A stretch of DNA of 27,595 nucleotides from a virus. Taxonomy: Duplodnaviria; Caudoviricetes. Below are positions 8,786 through 16,142 of this stretch, in pieces. The stretch lies in IMG/VR virus record IMGVR_UViG_3300025103_000123, positions 1 through 27,595 of that record; one strand, given 5' to 3'. How positions within the stretch are numbered: the first letter of the stretch is position 1; every line of letters begins with the position of its first letter. The translations under genes were made by a program, and so were the position numbers. The notes beneath the pieces are model-generated. The model had not been told where the DNA came from. It made no database searches and was given only the letters and a program-made list of their open reading frames with translations.

Positions 8786-8903
8786 GTGTTGAGTCGAACT
8801 CGATACGACTACTATCGAGTATAATAGTACCAACACTTACGGTCAAGCGTAGTGTATTGACTGTGTGAGTTTCGCTTAAGGCTCAACTCAACAGTAAATA
8901 GAG

Positions 8904-9218
8904 GTGTATATGAAAAGGTCTCCGTTAAAAAGGACAGGTAAACTTCGGTCTCGGTCTAAGAAAACTGAGGTGAAGTACAGGGAACGAAGAAAAATAGTTT
9001 CTGAGTTACTCAGTACCCGTACTAAATGTGAAGCTGACATAAAAGGAGTGTGCAGTAACAGGAGCGTGGATGTGCATGAGGTAAAAACACGGGGGCGTGG
9101 AGGCAGCATACTAGATGTAGATAATCTACGTTGTGTCTGTAGACCATGCCATACGTGGATTACTGAGCATCCAAAGGAATCACATGAGTTAGGTCTGGTA
9201 GTACATGCATGGGAGTAA
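8904..9218 (+). CDS. HNH endonuclease
   Basis: C...C..DVHE...RGRGG...DNLRCVCRPCH motif; the start may be 8910. Confidence 0.85.
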   Translation: MYMKRSPLKRTGKLRSRSKKTEVKYRERRKIVSELLSTRTKCEADIKGVCSNRSVDVHEVKTRGRGGSILDVDNLRCVCRPCHTWITEHPKESHELGLVVHAWE

Positions 9219-9220
9219 GT

Positions 9221-9637
9221 ATGGGATACCACAAGAATAAAGAAGTCGATAAAGAATCTGAGTTTGTGCCAAAGCGCAAAAAGATTAATCGGAATAACCG
9301 AAGGAGAGGAAAGGAGTATGAGCGTAGAGCCGCAGCCATCGTGGGAGGGAAACGAAACCTCGACAAATCCCGACCGCACACAGATGTCGAAACGGTGGAT
9401 ACAGTGTACGAGATTAAGTCAACTCAACAATCAGTACCCAACTGGTTGGAGGGGGCATACAAGCAGCTCGCACTGGCGGCAAAAGAATCGGGGAAGGTAG
9501 CAGGGGGAGTCATCAAGGTCTGGACTAGCGGAGCTAAGTCTCGGTTCTTTTTGATTACAGAAATCACAGATACACAGAAAGGATTATGTGATGGCAACGA
9601 ACGGAGTGGGTCTGGAGACCCTGAGATCCCTAGTTAG
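9221..9637 (+). CDS. PD-(D/E)XK nuclease, Holliday-junction-resolvase-like
   Basis: RRGKEYERR...DVET...YEIKS pattern; GGGAG RBS precedes ATG 9221. Confidence 0.65.
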   Translation: MGYHKNKEVDKESEFVPKRKKINRNNRRRGKEYERRAAAIVGGKRNLDKSRPHTDVETVDTVYEIKSTQQSVPNWLEGAYKQLALAAKESGKVAGGVIKVWTSGAKSRFFLITEITDTQKGLCDGNERSGSGDPEIPS

Positions 9638-10115
9638 AGGGATACTGAATGAGCGAGATGAGGTGTATGCACCTGACCTTGCTAAAGAATTAATGGCTAC
9701 TCATGGTGATACAGACTGGTGGACATCTCTTAAAGATGATGTGTTCGACAATGCTGTATACAGCGAAGTAGTAAAAGTGATAGGCGCACAACGTAGAGCA
9801 GGACAGAAAACTGTGTACGGTGACAGGGCTATCACTGCAAACAAGATGGTAGACCGCATAGAAAAGATGCGCACCTCTCGTATGGGTGGCATGGAATGGA
9901 TTGGGGATAGGTACAAACGCATTAGTGAAATGACTAAGGCCGATGTCTATTCAGCAGCAGAGTTACGACGAGAACGTGGTGACCTACACAGTAGGTATGC
10001 AATGTTCTGGGAAGCTCTCGCAAGGAAGATGGATGATTCACAAGTAGTATCTGATATTGCTAGTGAAGAAGACCTCGACGCACTAAACGAATTAGTCACA
10101 GGAAAGGAAGACTAA
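9588..10115 (+). CDS. Hypothetical helical protein directly upstream of the Cas7-like gene
   Basis: 175-aa ORF with GAAAGGATT RBS; 4-nt gap to the next gene. Confidence 0.75.
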   Translation: MMATNGVGLETLRSLVRGILNERDEVYAPDLAKELMATHGDTDWWTSLKDDVFDNAVYSEVVKVIGAQRRAGQKTVYGDRAITANKMVDRIEKMRTSRMGGMEWIGDRYKRISEMTKADVYSAAELRRERGDLHSRYAMFWEALARKMDDSQVVSDIASEEDLDALNELVTGKED

Positions 10116-10119
10116 AACA

Positions 10120-10959
10120 ATGGCAGGTATATTCGCGAAGAAGGCAAACATTTGGAACCACTACAAGGTAACTATTTCATTACGTGAAAAGCTCATGGGT
10201 GGTGTACCAAAAGACCCGAAGATTATTGAGGGTTGGTTGAAAACAAAAATGGGAACTTCCAATGAGGAAGAAACCAAACAACAGCTGTATAACACATTGC
10301 TTGAGCTAGGCTATGACCTAGCTAAGCGTGAGGAATACGAAGATGAGAAGGGATTAGAGCGACTCATTGACATGCAGAACGATGCATCAAGTGACCTCGC
10401 TGCCGTCAAGAATACAAACGGGTTCAAGTTTGATGAGCGTGGTTTGTACATAGAAGGGCGACAACTAAAAGCAGCACTCAAAGAATCTACAAACATTCTA
10501 TGGGGTGGTGTACGTACTGGTCCTACGAAGAAAGGATTCAAGAGCTTTATCTCAGAACGCCTGATGGTCATAGAGGACAAGGTGTATCTAGGGATACAAG
10601 AACCTGATGGTATCGAGACTGTGATAGGTCACGTTACTGGACCACAAGGTCCACGTAGTACATTAGGCTACTCGGAGTATGCGTATCGACCAACCTTAAC
10701 ATTCCACATTAAAGAGTTGAAAGTACTTCAGACTGGACAAAAGTTAAACGATAAGGGTGGACAACCTGCGTTAACACTTGACCAATACGGAGAACTGCTG
10801 ACTTGTATGGAAGAACAGGGCATCGGAGCTATGCGCTCTATGCAACATGGTCGCTTTGATACGATGGCACTTGAGCCAGTAAGCATAGACGATGTACCAG
10901 AGACATCTGGTATCGTTGCCGAAGCAGAGAAGGTGGTGCTCGAAGCAGCTAAGTCCTAA
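10120..10959 (+). CDS. Stand-alone Cas7-group RAMP (RRM-fold) protein
   Basis: N-terminal strand YKVTISLREKLMGG, RAMP-like LYIEGRQLKAALKE (compare PxIPGSSLKGxxR), and C-terminal Gly-rich loop GIGAMRSMQHGRF (compare GxGxxRSxGxGrf). Confidence 0.8.
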   Translation: MAGIFAKKANIWNHYKVTISLREKLMGGVPKDPKIIEGWLKTKMGTSNEEETKQQLYNTLLELGYDLAKREEYEDEKGLERLIDMQNDASSDLAAVKNTNGFKFDERGLYIEGRQLKAALKESTNILWGGVRTGPTKKGFKSFISERLMVIEDKVYLGIQEPDGIETVIGHVTGPQGPRSTLGYSEYAYRPTLTFHIKELKVLQTGQKLNDKGGQPALTLDQYGELLTCMEEQGIGAMRSMQHGRFDTMALEPVSIDDVPETSGIVAEAEKVVLEAAKS

Positions 10960-10963
10960 CATA

Positions 10964-10992
10964 ATGGGGAGGGGGCATACCCCCCTCTCCAT
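10964..10992 (+). other. GC-rich hairpin between the Cas7-like stop and the array
   Basis: ATGGGGAGGGGG-CATAC-CCCCCTCTCCAT forms 12 bp with one G-U pair and has no U-tract. Confidence 0.8.
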
Positions 10993-10993
10993 A

Positions 10994-11438
10994 CCGACAA
11001 AACACTACATAACTTGACTGCGCAGAACTACACATAACGACAAAACGCTACCCGCCGTCACTCAACTAACCGACAGAACGCAACGCGCCGACATTCATCT
11101 AAACTCTACACGCCGACGGAACGAGACCGCACCACACACTCAACGGCACAGTACTGGTCGACAGGACGGAACCAGACAGCACGAAACGGTATTCCCCTAA
11201 TCACCACCTACCGACTATTCGGTACGCGTTCTCACGGGTCAGAACATATTGACGAAACCAAACAAAACGGAACTAGCCTCTCCGACTATCCGACCCCTGC
11301 CCTCACGGAACATTACTCATCGACATTACTCACCGTCACCTGTCGGATCATTTCGACACTCCAATGCGAGACACGTCCTGTCCATACCATACCTACCGAC
11401 CTTACACTCCCCATCGCCTCCTTCCATCCCGACAATAC
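10994..11438 (+). ncRNA. Putative guide-RNA array: 11 full units plus 1 partial unit of YCGAC-(NNNAC)n-NNN
   Basis: Unit starts are 10994, 11037, 11070, 11113, 11158, 11211, 11249, 11282, 11320, 11353, 11396 and 11429. By hand count 66 of 69 internal pentamers end in C and the other 3 end in T. The RNA role and strand are inferred. Confidence 0.8.
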
Positions 11439-11469
11439 AGGATAAAATATGTACAGAAAGGATATACAT

Positions 11470-12351
11470 ATGAAGGTAACAAACAGGCTGAATTTACCAC
11501 AGCCAATAGTAGAAGTACTAGCATCAGATAACTACTCGAAGGGTAGTGCTGACTTTAGTGCAACAGAACTCATAGATTCACCTCGTGTGAAGCAGCTTAC
11601 AAAGCGACACTATGAGGACATCACAGTAGACTGTGCTGATTTGCTCTATCAGTTTGATGGCAAGGCAGTGCATTCATTACTGGAACAAGCCGAAGTCTCA
11701 GAAGACGTAGGCTTGATTGAGAAACGCCTTGAAGTACAGGTGGGTACGTACACTATCTCAGGGGCTATCGACTACTACGATGTGAAGCGCGGAGTCATAC
11801 AAGACTACAAGCGTGTGTCCACATGGGAAGTAGTCATGGGTATCAAGGAAGAACGAGAGCAGCAACTCAACATCTATGCTCACCTAGCTAGAGAGAATGG
11901 TTGGGCAGTTAATGGGCTAGAGATTGTATATCTGTTCCGTGACTGGTCTGAAGCCAGAGCTACTCGTGAGAAAGATTACCCACAGGACAGGGCGCAGCGT
12001 GTAGACATACCACTGTGGTCAGCATCAAAAGCTCAGGAGTATTTAGAATGGCGTGTCAATCTACATGCTCAAGCATCTGAAGAATCTGATACCAATCTAC
12101 CTCTATGCCTACCACATGAGAGATGGGAAGAACCCACTACCTATGCGGTAATGAAACAAGGACGCAAGAGTGCAGTACGCGCGACAGATGAGAAGGGGGA
12201 TAAGTTTCTCTCTCAGGAAGCAGCTACTACATGGATGAACTTGAATGTAAAAACTCGTTCAGACCATCATGTAGAGACTCGCATAGGTGAGCCACGCAGA
12301 TGTCTCAAGTACTGTAACGTAGCTTCGTTCTGTAATCAATGGAGTGATTGA
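11470..12351 (+). CDS. Cas4-like PD-(D/E)XK exonuclease
   Basis: IEKRL..ISGAID..IQDYK..QLNIY motifs and C-terminal C-x3-C-x5-C; start at ATG 11470 after GAAAGGA. Confidence 0.85.
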   Translation: MKVTNRLNLPQPIVEVLASDNYSKGSADFSATELIDSPRVKQLTKRHYEDITVDCADLLYQFDGKAVHSLLEQAEVSEDVGLIEKRLEVQVGTYTISGAIDYYDVKRGVIQDYKRVSTWEVVMGIKEEREQQLNIYAHLARENGWAVNGLEIVYLFRDWSEARATREKDYPQDRAQRVDIPLWSASKAQEYLEWRVNLHAQASEESDTNLPLCLPHERWEEPTTYAVMKQGRKSAVRATDEKGDKFLSQEAATTWMNLNVKTRSDHHVETRIGEPRRCLKYCNVASFCNQWSD

Positions 12352-12477
12352 CTGTGAGAGGCAGGTAAACATTTGACTATCGCGGTGGCGATACCTCTCA
12401 CACCCAACCAGAAAGGATTGCAAGTAGTGGTGTAAAAGGCAACCACACTTAACAACTAGTTCTAATATAGCAGGTTT

Positions 12478-12550
12478 TTAGTGGAGGGGGGAATGGGTGG
12501 AGACCAACCCCCTCCACTAAGCACTGAAGACAGGCTAGAGGGTAGCCTGT
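12478..12550. terminator. Hairpins at the convergence of the two transcription arms
   Basis: 13-bp stem TTAGTGGAGGGGG/CCCCCTCCACTAA (12478-12520) and 8-bp stem ACAGGCTA/TAGCCTGT (12530-12550); no clear U-tracts. Confidence 0.5.
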
Positions 12551-12569
12551 AAACATAATAAACTATGTG

Positions 12570-12668
12570 TTACTTTTTTGCTTTAGCTTTCTTGGGTTTA
12601 GGTGCATCATACACAGCAGGTACACCTACCGCACTTGCTTTCTTGCCGTTCTTTTCGATACTAGCCAT
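12570..12668 (-). CDS. 32-aa Lys-rich peptide (MASIEKNGKK...KKAKAKK)
   Basis: Translated by hand; TAATG-coupled to the holin with an AGGAG RBS. Confidence 0.55.
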   Translation of the reverse strand: MASIEKNGKKASAVGVPAVYDAPKPKKAKAKK

Positions 12669-12928
12669 TACTTCTTCTCCTTTTTCATAAATCGACCTGT
12701 CTTTGGGTCGCGCTTTAATGTTACTAGACTAGCAGAATCATCTCCCACTAGCTTCTGAGCTACACCTGACTTAACAACACTAGCAAAAGCACTGACTACT
12801 ACTGTAGCTATCAGAGCCATAGCATCCATGTCTATATCAGCGATGCTCATACCTGCCGTCACCCCCACCGCAGCTTGCACTGCGGTTGACGCGGCACGTT
12901 CCAAAATATCCCTATATTCTTCGTTCAT
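12668..12928 (-). CDS. Holin (r1t-like)
   Basis: LERAASTAVQA motif, hydrophobic helices, basic C-terminus, and position next to the endolysin. Confidence 0.65.
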   Translation of the reverse strand: MNEEYRDILERAASTAVQAAVGVTAGMSIADIDMDAMALIATVVVSAFASVVKSGVAQKLVGDDSASLVTLKRDPKTGRFMKKEKK

Positions 12929-13566
12929 TAGTTCTCCATATCATCTACTAGCCCCATTGCAGAATCAAACGCATCCTTTAACGCGCTTTGAGCAGCATCT
13001 ATCTGATCCATAGATGTCTGTACTTGATCCATTAAGGCTAATTGCTGTTTATTAACATCGCCTGTAGGCGGTTCCCCTAGAAACTTAAAGGCATCGTTCA
13101 GCCCTTTAGACCTAGAGAAGTACGGGTTATCTGCTACCGTACAGCCCCAATGTAAATGGGGTCCAGTTGATTGCCCTGTAGAGCCAATCTCTCCTATTTG
13201 TTGTCCGACACTGACGGATTCAGAGCGGCGGACACTCGGCGCGGCATTGAAATGAGCGTATAAAGTGTACCCAATAAGACCACCAGTGCTGTCATTGTGA
13301 CGCAGGAAAACAGAGTTACCAAAGATAGCCGCCACATTTTTCCTCCACGCGACTGTTTCTTCAGTCGTGAATACATCATTAACTACTCCATCCATAGGTG
13401 CGTACACAGGTGTTCCGATAGGAGCAGCAATGTCATTGCCCGAATGCCCCTTACCTGAACTTAGTTCAGGTCTTAAAACACCGTAGAAACTTGATACAGT
13501 TCCGCTTACAGGAAAGCCAGAGTACGTTAATCCATCTAAAGTTCCTGCGAAATTTAGTCTTGCCAT
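12928..13566 (-). CDS. M23 peptidase endolysin
   Basis: HSGND (HxxxD), TLYAH and STGPHLH (HxH) motifs. Confidence 0.9.
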   Translation of the reverse strand: MARLNFAGTLDGLTYSGFPVSGTVSSFYGVLRPELSSGKGHSGNDIAAPIGTPVYAPMDGVVNDVFTTEETVAWRKNVAAIFGNSVFLRHNDSTGGLIGYTLYAHFNAAPSVRRSESVSVGQQIGEIGSTGQSTGPHLHWGCTVADNPYFSRSKGLNDAFKFLGEPPTGDVNKQQLALMDQVQTSMDQIDAAQSALKDAFDSAMGLVDDMEN

Positions 13567-13639
13567 CTTCTATCTCCAATCCCCATTCTATAATTATTAA
13601 TAGCAGTAATACAACCAGTAGCCATTCGATACACGACTC

Positions 13640-13999
13640 CTAGCTCTTTAATGTTTTAGTCCCACCATAGTATTCCACAGCATGACCATTCTCTATTAAC
13701 GCGTCGTTGAGATTCACTCCGTCGCAAATCAATTCTCCCAAAATTCTCCCGTACTTTCCCCTCCCATGACTCACCAGTATTATTTCCTCAGCCTCAGATA
13801 CCATGTGCTTGGTGAATTCCTTTGCTAGTAATCCTTTGGCCTTGATAGACAAATTTTTTGTCCTGCTCTCCCATGTGTCGAGTCCCATTAGTCTTATTCT
13901 TTGGCCTGATAACCACACATCGAACCCTAAATCTATATGCACATCCACTGTGTCGCCATCAACGACCCTGTCTAGAGTTACCTTATACTCATACATCAA
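13640..13999 (-). CDS. Thermonuclease (SNase-like) protein
   Basis: RVVDGDT, RIRLMGLDTWE and GKYGRILG motifs. Confidence 0.9.
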   Translation of the reverse strand: MMYEYKVTLDRVVDGDTVDVHIDLGFDVWLSGQRIRLMGLDTWESRTKNLSIKAKGLLAKEFTKHMVSEAEEIILVSHGRGKYGRILGELICDGVNLNDALIENGHAVEYYGGTKTLKS

Positions 14000-14268
14000 T
14001 CATCCCTCCTGCGTATATCAATCTCATTGCTAAACGCTTCAAATAATTTACCCAACCCCATCGATACAGGTAGGCTGAGAACCGCGAGCGCCGTCAAAAG
14101 CCCCTCAATATTTTGTAAAGTTTCTACGTTACCTGTAGCTGACCAGATAATCCTAGCTCCTAGAGCCAACCAAACCATGACTACGGGGACAAAGATGATC
14201 CCCACCAATAGCTGAACGCCTGTAATGGTAGTGCCACTACTGGTTTTTTTAGGCTCGTCATCTGTCAT
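13996..14268 (-). CDS. Two-helix membrane protein
   Basis: Two hydrophobic segments; start moved to 14268 after GGAG. Confidence 0.65.
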   Translation of the reverse strand: MTDDEPKKTSSGTTITGVQLLVGIIFVPVVMVWLALGARIIWSATGNVETLQNIEGLLTALAVLSLPVSMGLGKLFEAFSNEIDIRRRDD

Positions 14269-14830
14269 GGCAGCTCCAAGCGTCCCACCCTTGTATTTCC
14301 CAGATCTCATACGCGGCCTGTGCGTTGTCTACGGGTCTAAACAGGTGGTACTTTTTAGCCAGCTCAGGCCAGTACCCTGTGTTTATTTGAAACAACCCAA
14401 CGGAAATACCTGTCCCAATCCCTATGTCACCTATGGCATCTATCCTGCCTGAGCTTTCACACATCATTAGATCATACAGCTTCACAGCATAAAAGTCGTC
14501 GTAAAACCAACGGTCTATTTCTTCTACGTAGTACATATGTGCTGTTACATACGAACGCCAACTTGTTTGTGCTAATACGTTAAGCAATTCCCATCGAGAC
14601 AGAAAAATTAAATCATTCGCAGCAGTATCGGTAGAAAGAGTAATGTCTTTAGTCATCCTCGCACCTATACCCTCGCTGAGCGGCGTTACAGGGGCCATTA
14701 CGAAGGGTGTGTGTACTTGCACAATAGACGGAGGGGGTACTGCATACGATACATGCACCACATTAGGCAAGGTAGCTGGTAAGAGCATGAGCATACTCAA
14801 GGCAAGACCAGCGGCTATTACACGCTTCAT
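14258..14830 (-). CDS. Secreted lysozyme-like lytic transglycosylase (SLT/Rpf-like)
   Basis: Signal-peptide-like N-terminus; CESSG, GLFQIN and QGWDAWSC motifs. Confidence 0.8.
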   Translation of the reverse strand: MKRVIAAGLALSMLMLLPATLPNVVHVSYAVPPPSIVQVHTPFVMAPVTPLSEGIGARMTKDITLSTDTAANDLIFLSRWELLNVLAQTSWRSYVTAHMYYVEEIDRWFYDDFYAVKLYDLMMCESSGRIDAIGDIGIGTGISVGLFQINTGYWPELAKKYHLFRPVDNAQAAYEIWEIQGWDAWSCHDR

Positions 14831-14832
14831 TG

Positions 14833-15825
14833 TTACTTAACGGAAACGGGTGCTTCCGTATTTCCTGTGGCATTAAGCACTTGAATCTTGGTTGTGTTCG
14901 CGATTATGAAGCTCGGAGCGTCGATTCCTGTGCCGTCACCTATCTTACTAGAGCTAATCGTCAGAGTTCCCGCCTTAATATGGTCTAGGTCTATGCCACT
15001 TCCATACGCAGACACGTTAGATATGGTTAATGTACGGCACTGAGATGCAGCCGTAGCAGTGTGTATGAGTATCTTATCGAAGGAACCACTGGTGACCGCA
15101 GGTACTTTAACCGCCCCACGGGTGCTGGTGACTGTAATATCAAGCACCGCTGCGTTAAGTGTAGGCCCTACGGAGATACCGTCTGCCACATTATTAAGAA
15201 TATTTAGCGTAAATATCTCTGAGTTGGCTAGGCTAAACGTCTTAGCTTCTACACCTGTAATAATTATTTCATCACACTCTAAAAAGAATGCGTTTGAACC
15301 TGATGTGTCACCTAGTATTTGAATAGCAGCCGTACTCCCTAAGTTTGCCTTACCAATCTCTAGGTCCGTAATGCTAATGTCCGCAGCTCTAGCTCCACTC
15401 ATGTTGATCTGTAATGTATTTACCTGTAGCTCACGCTCTACAGATGACGTATTGTCTTCAAACGTCCACTCTTCCCCGACCTTAAGGGTCTGGTCAGAAG
15501 CTACCGCAGCTACATGATATTGCGCTGGCTCGGGGAAATGAGGTGCTGCTCTGGTAAACACGACTGACGTACCAATAGCAAAACCTGTAACTAACAGACC
15601 CACCCCAATTCCCCAAGTACCAACTTTCCACACGCCCCCCGTAATGTGTAGACCTTTAAGTGAAGCAACCCGCAGGTTGGGTGGCTGCCAACCGTTTAAT
15701 GACGGTAGGCGTACATTAATTTCAGGCGTTTTCCATTTAGGTGCACCGATTCTAATCGGTGGTAAGTGGACATCTTTAATCTGAAAAATCCTCTTAAAGA
15801 AAGAGGGCTTTTTATTCTCATCCAT
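14833..15825 (-). CDS. Membrane-anchored beta-rich hypothetical protein
   Basis: 330-aa ORF with one hydrophobic segment followed by a repetitive Ile/Thr/Ser-rich beta region. Confidence 0.7.
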   Translation of the reverse strand: MDENKKPSFFKRIFQIKDVHLPPIRIGAPKWKTPEINVRLPSLNGWQPPNLRVASLKGLHITGGVWKVGTWGIGVGLLVTGFAIGTSVVFTRAAPHFPEPAQYHVAAVASDQTLKVGEEWTFEDNTSSVERELQVNTLQINMSGARAADISITDLEIGKANLGSTAAIQILGDTSGSNAFFLECDEIIITGVEAKTFSLANSEIFTLNILNNVADGISVGPTLNAAVLDITVTSTRGAVKVPAVTSGSFDKILIHTATAASQCRTLTISNVSAYGSGIDLDHIKAGTLTISSSKIGDGTGIDAPSFIIANTTKIQVLNATGNTEAPVSVK

Positions 15826-16142
15826 CAGTCATCTTCCAAATCATCTACGCGATCTTCAAGATCCTCGATAGCTTCCTCTAGTTCAGATGAATCAAATGCT
15901 TTCCCCACTGTGTACATACGCGCCATCTCCTGAGTCATGGCGATCTTGTCTTTCAGTGCTTCAATGTCGTTTTGCAACACCGCAATGTCAACGGTGGTTT
16001 GTTCTTCCTGAATAACTCCAACGGTAGAGGACAGATTTCCAACAGTCGAATCCAACTGAGCCACGTACCAGATGATCCCGAATGCTTGAGCGATGATGGC
16101 AACTACAATGCCTATCGACATTTTGATGTTGCTGAAATCCAT
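15825..16142 (-). CDS. Membrane protein with coiled coil
   Basis: N-terminal TM segment IGIVVAIIAQAFGIIWYV, then heptad repeats. Confidence 0.7.
   Translation of the reverse strand: MDFSNIKMSIGIVVAIIAQAFGIIWYVAQLDSTVGNLSSTVGVIQEEQTTVDIAVLQNDIEALKDKIAMTQEMARMYTVGKAFDSSELEEAIEDLEDRVDDLEDD

Noticed and set aside
11088-11294. Extra CCGAC at 11088 and 11290 as unit starts
   Set aside because: The downstream pentamer register continues from the earlier delimiter, so these arise from NNNCC plus GAC.
10994-11438. Canonical CRISPR array or simple microsatellite
   Set aside because: There is no 23-50 nt identical repeat; only a 5-nt delimiter and a 2-nt scaffold recur, and the triplets are too diverse for slippage-derived repeats.
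11249-11473. 74-aa ORF over the array
   Set aside because: It has a TTG start without an RBS, a Pro/Ser/Thr/His composition dictated by the C-rich pattern, and a period of 5 that does not fit codon structure.
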